DNA of 64,000 nucleotides from an uncultured Armatimonadia bacterium (lineage in GTDB: Bacteria > Armatimonadota > Zipacnadia > CAVVLO01), in assembly GCA_963749155.1 (NCBI GenBank), contig CAVVLO010000005.1, positions 1-64,000 of the forward strand, written 5' to 3'. The notes under the pieces are model-generated. The model saw nothing but the letters and a program-made list of their open reading frames with translations. It did not search any database and had not been told where the DNA came from. Within the stretch, counting starts at the first letter, position 1. Each line of letters opens with the position of its first letter. This document shows, one piece after another, positions 21,993-37,700 of this stretch. The position numbers were made by a program, and so were the translations under genes.

Positions 21993-22021
21993 TTGCGCCC
22001 TCCACCCCCCTGTGCTAACAT
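21993..22021 (+). promoter_or_regulatory. Putative sigma70 promoter for dnaA
   Basis: TTGCGC-17 bp-TAACAT with an extended -10 TG. Confidence 0.5.
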
Positions 22022-22182
22022 GCCGCGCGCCACAGCCAAGGGCGATAATCGGGCACACCTCGAGGCGCGGCCAACCGCCGTGCGCGTACCTGGGACGGCC
22101 TCGATGCGGTCGATCACGCACTCTCGGTGCACACCAGCCGCACGCATGCACGTAACATATTGTGATACAATAGGTTGTGTTG

Positions 22183-22318
22183 TTATCCACATTGGGGAGA
22201 GCCGCTGTCCATAGTGCCGCCTCCCGCGCACGCGACCGGATGCAGTCGTTCGCTTGCGTTTGTTGATTTTCGGCGATTCCCTCTGTCGGTGGATAACCTG
22301 TAGACACCACGTGGATGA
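22183..22318. promoter_or_regulatory. DnaA boxes in the dnaA leader
   Basis: TTATCCACA at 22183-22191 beside an AT-rich patch. GGTGGATAA at 22288, CGTGGATGA at 22310. Confidence 0.7.
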
Positions 22319-22332
22319 GGTGTGAAACACCT

Positions 22333-23674
22333 GTGAGCCCCTCTGAGCTGTGGGCCAAGTGCCTCGAATCGATCCGCGCCGAGACCGAGCAGCAGAGCTA
22401 CAAGACATGGTTCGAGCCGACGCGCGCCGCTGAGCTGACCGACGATGCCCTGAAGGTGGAGGTCCCCAACAGGTTCTTCGCCGACTGGCTCGAGGAACAC
22501 TACCTGACCCTCATCAAGCGCGCTCTCCGCGATGCGGCTGGCCGTGACGTGGAGCCCACCTTCCAGGTATCGCACCGGAGGCCTGACGAGTACGAGCCGG
22601 TGTCGCCCAGGCGTCCCCAGTCGCCGCAACCCACGCCGGCCGCGCCGAGCGAAACGCAGCTCAACCCTCGATACACCTTCGACTCGTTCGTGGTCGGGAG
22701 CAGCAACCGCTTCGCCCAGGCCGCGAGCATGGCGGTCGCAGAGGCTCCGGGGACGACATATAACCCGCTGTTTATCTATGGTGGGGTCGGCCTCGGGAAG
22801 ACGCACCTCATGCAGGCGATCGGCCACTACGTCCGTCAGCAGCGCCCGGGGGCTTCGGTCTACTACGTTTCGTCCGAGACGTTCATGAACGAGCTCATCA
22901 CCTCGATCCAGCGTGGGACGACCCTCGGATTCAGGGACAAGTACCGAAGCCGCGACGTTCTCCTTATCGACGACGTGCAGTTTCTCGCCGGGAAGGAGAG
23001 CACCCAGGAGGAGTTCTTCCACACGTTCAACGCTCTGTACCTGCGCTCACAAGCAGATCGTGCTGACGAGCGACCGTCCGCCGAAGCAGATCTCGACGCT
23101 CGAGGAGAGGCTCGCCTCCAGGTTCGAGTCGGGCCTGGTCACGGACATCCAGAGCCCGGACCTCGAGACCCGCATCGCCATCCTGCACCGCAAGGCGGAG
23201 ATGGACGGGATCTCGATCCCCAACGACGTGATCCACTTGATCGCGAACAGCGTGACGTCGAACATCCGCGAACTCGAGGGGTCGCTGGTCAGGCTCCTCG
23301 CCTTCTCGAGCCTCACTGGGAGCGAGATCACCGTGGAGCTCGCCAAGGAGGTGCTGAGCGAGTTCCTGGGTCGCCCGCGCGGGCCGGTCTCTGTGGCCCG
23401 TATCCAGCAGGCGGTGGCCGAGGCCTACGGTGTGCCCGTGGAGAAGATGAAGGCGCGCGGCCGCTCCAGCCAGATCGCGCTCGCACGCCAGGTCGCCATG
23501 TACTTCGCGCGCGAGCTGACGCCGCTGTCGCTCGCGCAGATCGGCGAGCACTTCGGCGGCCGCGATCACACGACCGTGCTCCACGCGCACCGCAAGATCA
23601 CCGAGGAGACCCTCAAGTCAGGACAGGTGCAGCGCGACGTCGAGAACCTCAAGCGCATGATACGGATCGCGTGA
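22333..23674 (+). CDS. dnaA: Replication initiator DnaA (one apparent frameshift near 23040)
   Basis: LNPRYTFDSFV, YNPLFIYGGVGLGKTHL, LLIDDVQF, then in another frame SDRPP, NIRELEG, FGGRDHTTV. Confidence 0.95.
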
Positions 23675-23689
23675 CCCGCCACCACGTTC

Positions 23690-23935
23690 CCTGTCCACAG
23701 CAGCCCGTTGATGCCCCGTGGAGAACCGGGTGACCGCTGTGCGGAACTCCCTCCGTTCGTCTTCCGTTGTGGACCGACCTGCTCCGGCGCGCGGGTTGTC
23801 CAATGCTCCGTCAACACCAGCGCGACACGCCGCGCGCGAGCGGAAGCCGCGGGCGCTCCGTCCCGGGAGCATCGCGCGGCGCGTGTGTCTCCACATGTCC
23901 ACCGCTCCTACTACTACTCCTATCATTTCTATTCT
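23690..23935. other. Probable oriC unwinding region: degenerate DnaA boxes + DnaA-trios
   Basis: Tandem GTCTCCACA/TGTCCACC (23887-23903), a short GC spacer, then CTA CTA CTA CTC CTA TCA TTT CTA (23908-23931), in the dnaA-dnaN gap. Confidence 0.8.
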
Positions 23936-23986
23936 CAGAAGAAGAAGGAAGGGGAGGGGACGCGAGCGGCGCGGCGGCTTTCCCCC

Positions 23987-24015
23987 TTGCCACGCGTCCG
24001 GGGCGCCCTTATAAT
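23987..24015 (+). promoter_or_regulatory. Putative sigma70 promoter for dnaN
   Basis: TTGCCA-17 bp-TATAAT. Confidence 0.65.
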
Positions 24016-24102
24016 GTGGCCCGGCGTTGAGTTCCCCCCGCTTGCGGGGGGCTGACTGCTACCGAAAAGAAGCCGCGGGACGGCCTTCGCGGAGGTGTGT
24101 CC

Positions 24103-25224
24103 ATGAAGTTCTCCATTGCTCGACAGGACCTGGACAAGGCGATCCAGAGGGTGCTTGCGGTGGTCTCTCCCAAGACGACGCTCCCGGTCCTCGGGAACTT
24201 CCTTGTGGAGGCCGACGCGAAGGCCAAGCAGGTCGCCCTGACGGCGACGGACCTCGACATGACGGTCACGACGAAGGTGGACGCGACGGTGGACGAGGGA
24301 GGCGGCGTGACCATGCCCGCGAAGCGGTTCGCGGAGATCGTCCGCGAGCTCGGGGCGCAGGACGTGACGGTCAGCGCGGAGGGCGAGGAGATCACCATCC
24401 AGTCCGGGAAGAGCAGCTTCCGGATCGTCGGTATCGCGCCCGAGGAGTTCCCCACGCTTCCCAAGAGCGATCGCGCAAGCGCCTTCGCGCTCGACGCCGG
24501 GGCGTTCGCGCGGATGGTGGACAAGGTGACCTTCTGCGCATCGAAGGACGAGACGCGCCCGTCGCTGAACGGCGCGTACTGGGAGTTCGCGGCGGACAGC
24601 ATGACCATGACGGCGACCGACGGGCACAGGCTCGCCACCTTCAAGTCCGCGGGGAGCTTCAAGGCGCTCGCGGGCAAGAGCATGATCGTGCCGCCGAAGG
24701 CGCTCGGCCACGCCGTGCGGATCGTCGGCGCGGAGACCGGCGGGGACTCGCGCGTGTCCGTGCACGAGAACCACGTGACGTTCTTCATCGGGGCCACGAC
24801 CATTAACTCGAGGCTGCTCGAGGGGCCTTTCCCGAACTACAAGCAGGTCATCCCGAAGGACAATGACAAGGAGCTCCTGGTCGACCGTGAGGAACTGGCT
24901 GCCGCCGTGCGCAGGGTCGCCGTGCTCGCGGACACGCTGACCCACCAGGTCCGGCTGACGATTTCGAAGAAGAAGATCGAACTCGTGGTCTCGACGCCCG
25001 ATGTCGGCGAGGCGAAGGAAGAGATCCCCGGTCGCTTCAACTCCGACAAGATGGACGTCGGCTACAACGCGACCTATCTGCTTGAGGTCCTCAAGCACAT
25101 CGAGAGCGACGAGGTCCGGTTCCTTCTCGGTTCACCGGTCGGCGCCGCGGTCGTGACAGCCACGGACGGGGCGGAGGGCCAGGAGCACCTGTGCCTCCTC
25201 ATGCCGCTCAGGCCGTCCGCGTAG
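24103..25224 (+). CDS. dnaN: DNA polymerase III beta clamp
   Basis: ATDLD, DETRPSLNG, ATDGHRL, RLLEGPFPNY..VIP, LLMPLR. Confidence 0.96.
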   Translation: MKFSIARQDLDKAIQRVLAVVSPKTTLPVLGNFLVEADAKAKQVALTATDLDMTVTTKVDATVDEGGGVTMPAKRFAEIVRELGAQDVTVSAEGEEITIQSGKSSFRIVGIAPEEFPTLPKSDRASAFALDAGAFARMVDKVTFCASKDETRPSLNGAYWEFAADSMTMTATDGHRLATFKSAGSFKALAGKSMIVPPKALGHAVRIVGAETGGDSRVSVHENHVTFFIGATTINSRLLEGPFPNYKQVIPKDNDKELLVDREELAAAVRRVAVLADTLTHQVRLTISKKKIELVVSTPDVGEAKEEIPGRFNSDKMDVGYNATYLLEVLKHIESDEVRFLLGSPVGAAVVTATDGAEGQEHLCLLMPLRPSA

Positions 25225-25240
25225 ACGGGAGCGCGCAAGA

Positions 25241-26371
25241 GTGTGGCTCAGGGCACTCCGGCTCGAGGACTTCAGGATCTTCTCGAGCCTCGACCTTGAA
25301 CTCGAGCCGGGCCTGAACTTCCTCTTCGGTCCGAACGGTTCCGGCAAGACGAGCATTCTGGAAGCGGTCTCGTGGCTCGCGGTCTCGCGCTCGCTGCGCG
25401 GGGCGTCCGAGTCAGAGGTCGTGAGGTGGGGCGCGCAGCGTTTCGGCGTCGGCGGGGAGTGCACGGACGGCGCGCGGCGCACCTCGATCGTCCTCCGCTA
25501 CCAGCGGGGAGGGCCGAGAGAGGTGACCGTTGACGGAGAGCCGCTCGCGAAGCTCTCCGACCTCCTGGGAATCCTGCGGGTCGCCTGGTTCGGCCCCGAG
25601 GACACCGCGATCACGAAGGGCGGCCCCGCCGAGCGCCGCAGGCTTCTCGACATGGCGCTCTGCCAGACCGACCCCGCGTACCTGGCGGCCCTGTCCGACT
25701 ACCGCCGGGCGCTCAGGCAGCGCAACGAAGCGCTCGTCTCGTGGGGCCCGGACGAGGACTCGGATCGCGTGGTCGGAGTCTGGACCGAGCAGCTCGTGAG
25801 GAGCGGGAGCAGGGTCGTCGCCGCGAGGCTCGGGTTCCTCGGAGCGTTCGGCGAACGGGTCGCGGCGGCGCACCGCGCGATCGCGCCCGCCGACGAGATC
25901 GCGCTCGCGTACCGCGGTTCCATCGCGTCCGCGGCCGGCGATGAGCCGCCGGCGTGCGACGGGGCAGGCGACGAGGGGGCCGTGGCGGCGCTCTTCCGCG
26001 CCGCGCTCGCCCGCACCGAGGAGGACGAGCAGCGGCGGGGATTCACGCTCGTCGGGCCGCACCGCGACGACGTCGAGGTGCGACTGAACGGGCGGTCCCT
26101 GCGGTCGTTCGGATCGCAGGGCCAGCACCGCACCGCCGCGATCGCGCTCAAGCTCGGGGAGGCGGCCATGCTCGCCGCGGACGGCCACGGCGTGACGGTG
26201 CTCCTCGACGACGTGCTGTCCGAGCTCGACGATGACCGCGCGGCGGCGCTCGTCGATCTCGCGGGCGGCATCGGCCAGGCGCTCGTGACCTCGACCCGTC
26301 CGCTGCCCGGGGTTCCGGGCGTGGCGTGCGCGGCGTTGCGCGTGGAGGCGGGGGAGGTCGTGCGGACGTGA
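25241..26371 (+). CDS. recF: DNA replication/repair protein RecF
   Basis: GPNGSGKTSILEA, GGPAERRR.LD, GPHRDD, GSQGQ, LLDDVLSELD. Confidence 0.95.
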   Translation: MWLRALRLEDFRIFSSLDLELEPGLNFLFGPNGSGKTSILEAVSWLAVSRSLRGASESEVVRWGAQRFGVGGECTDGARRTSIVLRYQRGGPREVTVDGEPLAKLSDLLGILRVAWFGPEDTAITKGGPAERRRLLDMALCQTDPAYLAALSDYRRALRQRNEALVSWGPDEDSDRVVGVWTEQLVRSGSRVVAARLGFLGAFGERVAAAHRAIAPADEIALAYRGSIASAAGDEPPACDGAGDEGAVAALFRAALARTEEDEQRRGFTLVGPHRDDVEVRLNGRSLRSFGSQGQHRTAAIALKLGEAAMLAADGHGVTVLLDDVLSELDDDRAAALVDLAGGIGQALVTSTRPLPGVPGVACAALRVEAGEVVRT

Positions 26372-26710
26372 GCAAGGCGCTGCCGATCTCCGAGATCCTC
26401 GCGTCGGTGTTCCGCGACCTGGGACTCGCGAAGAAGCTGTCCCGGCAGCGCGCCGTCGTCGACTGGGCCGATGTCGTGGGGGCGCGCGTCGCGTCGCATT
26501 CGCGGGCGCTCCGCGTTGAGGGCGGCCTCCTGTTCGTTGGGGTGGACAGCTCGGTGTGGGCCCAGGAGCTGTCGCTCATGAAGCGGCGGATCCTCGGGGA
26601 GCTCAACCGCCGGGTCGGCGAGGACGTGATCGAGGACGTGCACTTCGTGCTGGGAGGGGGGGCGGATCACCATGACGCCTCCGGTGTCGGTGGCACAGAA
26701 GCAGAGGACC

Positions 26711-26724
<14 letters not shown>
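26368..26724 (+). CDS. DUF721/DciA-family protein
   Basis: W..VVG..VA.HS......[13 protein letters not shown], between recF and gyrB. Confidence 0.8.
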
Positions 26725-31392
<4,668 letters not shown>

Positions 31393-31408
31393 CGGCGGGG
31401 GATAGGGC

Positions 31409-33127
31409 TTGGATCGGGCGGCACGCACGGCGTTCATCTCCTTCCTGATCCACGCGGGGCTCCTCGCCCTCGCGGCGGCGCTCGCGTTTCTCTCCGGAAG
31501 CGCCGCCGTTCTCGCTCTCACCTGGCTCACGGCGGCCGGCCTCGCGGCCTCATGGCTCGCGTGGGCCGGCGCCCGCATGTCTTCGCGCGCCCGCCGCGTG
31601 CCGGCGCTCCTCTGGAACCTCGCGCTGCTCTTCGTCGGCGTCGCCGCCCTCTGGGCGGCCGTCGCCGTTCTGAGGGCGCCCGCGGCCCCGCGTGTCTCCC
31701 TTCTGCCTCTCGCCATCGGCGGTGCCCTCACGGAGGCCGTCGCTCTCCACGTTCTCTCCCGGCACGAGCTCTTCATCGGGCGCGAGTCCGAGAACCGCGG
31801 GCTCGTCGCGGCCGGGCTCCACTCGCGGATGGCGACCTTCGCCGCGGCTGTCGCCGTGGCCGCTCTCGCGGGCCAGCGGATGGGATTCGCGCTCGACCGC
31901 GCGGGGGCGGTTGTGGTCGCCGTGTTCGTGGCGGCGACAGGCCTCGGCATTCTCGCGAGCGTCGCGGAGGGTCTGCGGACGGGCGCGCGCATTCAGGGTG
32001 CGTTCCCCGTTCGTCTCGCGCGGGCGTCGGCGACAGGCCGCCGCGCGCGGAGGGGCGGCACGCTGAAGTCGCGCGCGCGGAGGATCGAGGACGCCCTGTT
32101 TCATCCGGCGCATCGCGGCCACGCGGCCGGCGTCGCCGCCGGCGCGCTCGCGGTCGTCTGGGGGCTGTCCGCCGTCTCGTTCGTGGGATCCGGGCAGATC
32201 GGGCTTGTGAGCGGGGTCGGTGGAGAGCGCGCGGTCGGCCCCGGCCTTCACGTGAAGGCACCGTGGCCGCTGGAGCGCGCCGAGAGCGTGGACGCGGGCG
32301 AGTTCAGGCGGGCGTCGCTCGGCAGCGCCGAGCCCCCGGTGGCGGGCGCGCCGTCGTGGTTCGCGCAGAACCTCGCGCGACTTGCCGCGTCGGCCGGCGC
32401 GCCGGTCCGTGAGTCGGCGAAGGCCGCGCCGCCGCGGACCGAGGCGGTCTTCCTGACCGGGGACGGCAGGCTCGTCGCGGTCGAGGCGGTCGCCCACTAC
32501 GAGGTGGACGACCCCGCCGCGTTCGCCGTCGCCGCCGAGGACCCCGACGCCGTCGTCGCGAGGGCGCTCGAGTCGGCCGTCGCCGCGGCCGTGGCCGCAT
32601 CGACGTTCGAGCAGGTCGTCGGCGCCGGCCGCGCCGACCTGGAGGGATCGCTCACCGCGCGGCTCGAGCGGTCGCTCGACGCGCTTGACCTGGGAGTGAA
32701 CGTTCAGGCCGTCCGGCTCGGACACGTCCTGCATCCGGCAGAGGCCGCGTCGTCGTTCGCGTCGGCCGCGTCGGCCGCCGACGCCGCCGAGCGCATCGTC
32801 GTCGAGGAAACGGCCCGCGCCGCGCGGTCGCTCTCGTCCGCGCGCGTCGAGGCGAGGCGCGTGCTCTCGGCCGCGGACGGCTACGCGGCGGTCCGTCGCT
32901 CGCGGGCGGAGACAGACGCGGCGACGTTCCTCGCTCTCGCGCCGGAGTACCGAAAGGCGAGGGGCGTGACGGAGACAAGGCTCTACATCGAGACTATGGA
33001 GGCGCTCCTCGGAGGCATCGAGAAGCGCATCGTGGGTTCGGGCGTGGTCCTCGAAGGCTACGACCCAGCCGCGTTCGATCGGGCTCTCGCCCCGGGCGCA
33101 GGCGTCGGAACCGCGTCGGGCAAGTGA
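31409..33127 (+). CDS. Multi-TM (degenerate cation-efflux/CDF-like) domain fused to HflK-like SPFH domain
   Basis: About six hydrophobic segments (LVAAGLHSR...LDRAGAVVV) followed by GPGLHVKAPWP, FLTGDG.LV and TETRLYIETME.LL, typical of HflK. Confidence 0.65.
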   Translation: MDRAARTAFISFLIHAGLLALAAALAFLSGSAAVLALTWLTAAGLAASWLAWAGARMSSRARRVPALLWNLALLFVGVAALWAAVAVLRAPAAPRVSLLPLAIGGALTEAVALHVLSRHELFIGRESENRGLVAAGLHSRMATFAAAVAVAALAGQRMGFALDRAGAVVVAVFVAATGLGILASVAEGLRTGARIQGAFPVRLARASATGRRARRGGTLKSRARRIEDALFHPAHRGHAAGVAAGALAVVWGLSAVSFVGSGQIGLVSGVGGERAVGPGLHVKAPWPLERAESVDAGEFRRASLGSAEPPVAGAPSWFAQNLARLAASAGAPVRESAKAAPPRTEAVFLTGDGRLVAVEAVAHYEVDDPAAFAVAAEDPDAVVARALESAVAAAVAASTFEQVVGAGRADLEGSLTARLERSLDALDLGVNVQAVRLGHVLHPAEAASSFASAASAADAAERIVVEETARAARSLSSARVEARRVLSAADGYAAVRRSRAETDAATFLALAPEYRKARGVTETRLYIETMEALLGGIEKRIVGSGVVLEGYDPAAFDRALAPGAGVGTASGK

Positions 33128-33154
33128 CTCGGCGGGCGGTCCCGCGATCGACGT

Positions 33155-34039
33155 GTGGAGGCTCTCGTGAAGCGTATGATTCTCGTCCTGGCCGCCCTGT
33201 TCGTCCTCGCGCTGATCGTGAAGACGGGCTTCTTCGTCGTGGACCGGGGGGAGGCCGCCGTCGTCACCCAATTCGGGAAGCCGGTGCGCGTCGTTGACGG
33301 GCCGGGCGTGTACCTCAAGGCGCCGCTTCCCGTGCAGGTCGTCCGTTCGTACGACCAGCGGCTGAGGGTGTGGGACTCCGATGCGCGCGAGTACGCGACG
33401 TCGGACAGCGCCACCGTCGTGCTGACGACCTACGCCGCGTGGAGGATCCGGGACGCGCGCGCGTTCGCTGAGACGTGCGGGACGAAGGAGCGGGCGGAGG
33501 AGTGGATCGCGGACATCGTGTCGTCGGAGCTCGGCGCGGCGGTCGCGCGCTATCCCCTCAGGGCGTTTGTCTCGGCACAGGCCACGGACATCCGAACCCA
33601 GGATGTCCTTCGCGCGGTCAGGAGGGAGTGCGAGCCGGCCGTCCGCGAGATCGGCGTTGAGGTGGCGGACATCGGCGCGACGTGCGTGACGCTGCCCGAC
33701 GGCGCGCGGCGGGCGATCATCGAGAGGATGAGCGCGGAGCAGGACGCCGCGGCGTCCCTCGAGCTTGCGGCCGGCGAGGAAGAGGCGGCGAGGATACGGG
33801 CCGCGGCCGACAGCGAGCGGCAGGTCGTTCTCGCCGAGGCACGTCGCGAAGCGGAGAAGATCAGGGGCGAGGCCGACGCGGCCGCGATGCGGATCTACGC
33901 GGACGCGCACAAGGCCGACCCCGCGTTCTACGAGTTCCTTCGCACGCTCGACTCCTACAAGGCGTTCATGGACGAGAAGACCACGGTCGTTCTCTCGTCC
34001 GACTCGCAGCTCCTCAGACTCCTCGAGACGAAGGAGTAG
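33155..34039 (+). CDS. hflC: HflC-like SPFH protein
   Basis: FVVD..E.AVVTQFGKPV, ERMSAE, IRGEADA, DPAFYEFLRTLDSY, VLSSDS.L. Confidence 0.85.
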   Translation: MEALVKRMILVLAALFVLALIVKTGFFVVDRGEAAVVTQFGKPVRVVDGPGVYLKAPLPVQVVRSYDQRLRVWDSDAREYATSDSATVVLTTYAAWRIRDARAFAETCGTKERAEEWIADIVSSELGAAVARYPLRAFVSAQATDIRTQDVLRAVRRECEPAVREIGVEVADIGATCVTLPDGARRAIIERMSAEQDAAASLELAAGEEEAARIRAAADSERQVVLAEARREAEKIRGEADAAAMRIYADAHKADPAFYEFLRTLDSYKAFMDEKTTVVLSSDSQLLRLLETKE

Positions 34040-34042
34040 GCG

Positions 34043-34592
34043 ATGCGGATCGCCGCCGTGACCATCGCGGCCGTGGCCGCGCTCTACGCCGCCTCGGGCA
34101 CGTACGTCGTAGGTCCCGACGAGGCCGGCGTGCTCACCCGCTTCGGCCGCCTGGTCACCGACGATGTCGCGCCCGGCGTTCACTACCACGCCCCGTGGCC
34201 GTTCGAGCGGGTGGCCACGCCGGGCCTCCGTGTGGTCGAGACGGCCGCGGCGCTCGAGTCCTCCCGCGGCGGCGACAGAGGACCGGCCGCGCGGCGGCGC
34301 ATCGAGTTCCTCACGGGGGACCGCTGCCTTGTGGAGAGCGGCGTGTCGGTCGAGTACGAGGTGACGAGTCCGGCGGAGATGGTCCTGGCCGCCGCCGACC
34401 CGACGCTCCTCGTGCGGCGAGTCGCGGAGTCCGCGCTTGCCGGGGCGGTCGCGCGGGCGACGATCGGCGACGTGCTCGGCGCGGGAGCCGCCCGCATCGA
34501 GCGCGAGGCGGCGGCGGAGGTCCAGGCGGTGCTCGACGCGTGCCGCGCCGGGATCAGGGTGGAGGCCGTCGGGCTCGACGTGCCGCGCCAGC
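34043..34592 (+). CDS. Second HflK-like SPFH protein, truncated at junction
   Basis: SGTYVVGPDEAGVLTRFGR, PGVHYHAPWPFE, FLTGD. Breaks at ~34592. Confidence 0.75.
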
Positions 34593-34605
34593 ATGAGCTC
34601 GCTAA
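34585..34605. other. Sequence junction (very high GC to intermediate GC)
   Basis: HflK homology stops mid-domain, and codon style and composition change for the rest of the window. Confidence 0.8.
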
Positions 34606-34702
34606 CTCGAACTATAGTGCATGGCTCAACTGCTATCGCCTGCAGGTGAAATTCCCCCAGTATCGAATCGGACGCAATACTCACCACCTGATGCCTCGAA
34701 GG

Positions 34703-37700
34703 ATGGCTTATGCCGGCTCCTGGCGCACCGTGCGAGTGTTTGTGTCCTCTACCTTCCGTGATATGCATGCCGAACGCAACTGGCTGGCTCGCGTCGTCTT
34801 CCCGGAGCTGCGCGAGCGCTGTGCGAAGCGGGAGCTCTACCTTACCGACGTGGACCTGCGTTGGGGCGTGACCGAAGAAGAGGCCAACAGGGCAAGGTGC
34901 TGGCCGTTTGCCTGGAGGAGATAGACCGTTGCCGGCCTTTCTTCCTCGGCCTGCTTGGTGAACGTTATGGCTGGGTGCCGGAGAACGCTTCCGGAGGAAG
35001 CTGTTATCGAGTTCCCCTGGGTAGATGACCTAAAAAAAGACCATTCCGTAACAGAACTGGAGATACTCCACGGCGTGCTAGATGGTTACCCGGAAATGAC
35101 GGGCCGGGCGTTTTTCTTCTTCCGTAATCTGACGGCAAAGACTCCGTTACCCGCTGATTACCTGGCTGAAAGCCCCCTGGCCTCTGAAAAACTTGAAAAG
35201 CTGAAGCACAGAATCAAAATCGCGAAACTTCCTGTAACAGAATATGCCTGCACGTGGGAGGGCAAGGTCGTCGGGCTGGAGGAGTTCGGCAAGGAGGTGC
35301 TGGAGGCCCTCTGGACTGCCATCTGCGGAGGAGTATCTCGAGGACACCAACCCGCCGGACGCGCTCGCTGAGGAGATTGAACTGTACGAGGCCCAGGCCG
35401 CACGGTTGGTGGCGGGCTTCGTCGGTAGGACTGAGGAGAAACGTCAGCTCACCCAGTATGTCGAGTCGGATACCCACCAGCGCTGGCCATGACCGGCCGG
35501 CCGGCAGTGGCAAGTCGGCACTGCTTGCGGACTGGGCGCTGGGTATCGCGAGGCTCATCCAGATGCTGAAGTAGTACTGCACTTCGTGGGGGCAAGCCCC
35601 TCCTCGACCAGCCACATCCAGACGATGCGGCGGATTGGCGAGGAGTTGAAACGCAATCTTAGCCTCTTCAGCGAGCTGCCCGACAAACCTGAAGGGCTGG
35701 AGGAGGCCTTCCGCAACCTACTGATTGAGGCTGGCGGCAAGGCGGCGGGGGCGGTCGTGCTGGTGCTCGATGGCCTCAATCAGCTCGAAGATATCGGCGG
35801 GGCGCTGGGGCTGGCGTGGCTGCCGGAGTTCCTGCCGCCGGGTGTGCATATCCTTGCCTCGACTCTGGAGGGCCAGGCGCTGGAAGCGTTGCACCGGCAT
35901 GAGGCGCAGGAGTTCCTGCTTGAGCCGCTGACCCCCCGGAGCGGAAACAGCTTGTTACTGATTTCTTATGGGAATACCGCAAGAAGCTCTCGGACTCCCA
36001 GCTTGAGGCGCTGCTTGCGAAGGAGGCAACGGAGAATGCCCTCTACCTCAAAGTGGTGCTCGAGGAGCTCCGGTTGTTCGGCAGCTTCGAGGAGCTTACA
36101 CGGCGCATCGAGAGCTTTCCCCCAAGTATCGAAGACCTCTTCGGGCAGGTGTTGGACCGGGTAGAGGGCGACCACTCGGGCGTCTTCCCAGTAGCAGAGG
36201 GATAGGCGTTGCTTGCGGCCTCGCGCTCGGGCCTTGCAGAACGCGAACTACTGGAGCTTATCGGCGGCGAGGTAACAGCCCTTGCCTGGGCACGCGTGAG
36301 ACGGAGCCTTGCGCCGTACCTGGTCCAGCGCGGAGAGCTGCTGGACTTCGCCCACCGCACCCTCTGGAAGGCCGTGAGGGCTGAGTATAGTGACACCTCT
36401 GAGCGCCACTTGAAGCTGGCCGAATACTTTCTCACTGCCGACATCGACCGGCGCGTGACCGAACGCCCCTGGCAGCTCGAACAGGCCCAGGCCTGGGAAG
36501 CCCTGAGAGACGAACTCGTGAGCCTTGAAGTGATGCAGTGGTTCAACAGCAACCGACGAGCGCATGACTGGTTTGCTTATTGGAAACCGCTATCAGGCAG
36601 GTATGAGCCTGGGGTAAGCTGCCTAGAGATGGTTGAACAGGAGGGAGAGCAACTGGAAAGAGCACTCCAGGCTAATCATGCTGGCATATTACTTTTCCAT
36701 GCAGGACAGTATGAGAAAGCTCTTCCTCTATACGAGATGGCGCTCACGATAACTCAGGCGCAGCTTGGGGCGAACGTCACCCCTCCATCGCTAGGAGTCT
36801 AAGCAACCTGGCGGGACTGTATGAGTCGATGGGGCATTATGCACAGGCGCTACCCTTATCTAAGCAGGCGCTCGCAATACGGGAGGCCCAGCTTGAACTA
36901 AACTACCCCGAGACAGCTACCAGTCTGAACAATTTGGCGGGACTCTATTATTCTATGGGGCAGTATCAGCAAGCACTGCCCCTGCATGAGCGAGCACTCG
37001 CTATAAGAGAGGCACAGCTTGGACCAAAACCACCTGAGACAGCTACCAGTTTGAACAACCTGGCGTTGCTTTACGAATCGATGGGCAGATATGAGCAGTC
37101 GCTGCCCCTATATGAGCGAGCACTGAAGATAAAGGAGACACAGCTTGGGCCAAACCATCCTGGGAATACAGCGCAAAGTCTCAATAACTTGGCAGCGCTT
37201 TATTACTCTATGGGTCAGTATGAGCAAGCGTTCCCTTTATTAGAGCGGGCACTCAAAATAGACCAGAATGCACTTGGGGAGAACCACCCCATTTTTGCTA
37301 TTGATTTGAACAACCTGGCGAATTTATATGAGGCAAAGGGGCAGTATGGAAGAGGCACAGTCTCTATATGAGAGGGCGCTCAAAGATAAGGGAAACACAG
37401 CTTGGAGCTGACCACCTCGACACCGCAGGTAGCCTGCAAAGCCTGGCAGGACTGTATGATTACTAGGACAATATGAGCAATCTTTGCTCCTGCATAAGCG
37501 GGTACTTGCTATTTATGAGGCGCGGCTTGGTGAAAACCACCCCAGCATTGCCAGTTGCCTGAATAGTCTCGGCGATGTTGCTGAAGTCGATGGGGTATTT
37601 GGAGCAAGCGCTGCCCCTGTATGAGCGAGCACTGGCAATAAGAGAGTCTCAGCTCGGGCCTAACCATCCTGAGACAGCTGCCAGCTTGAACAACCTGGCG

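Noticed and set aside
23030..23050. Programmed frameshift or pseudogenisation of dnaA (also gyrB, gyrA, ntpA/B)
   Set aside because: These are essential genes with no slippery motif, and indels are widespread in the window, so error is more likely.
31550..34768. 1072-aa minus-strand ORF and other long shadow ORFs (e.g. 29776-31992, 61844-63631)
   Set aside because: Antisense to well-supported genes, as expected at high GC, and no recognisable motifs.
34043..34924. HflK-DUF4062 fusion protein
   Set aside because: In-frame read-through across a compositional junction that truncates HflK.
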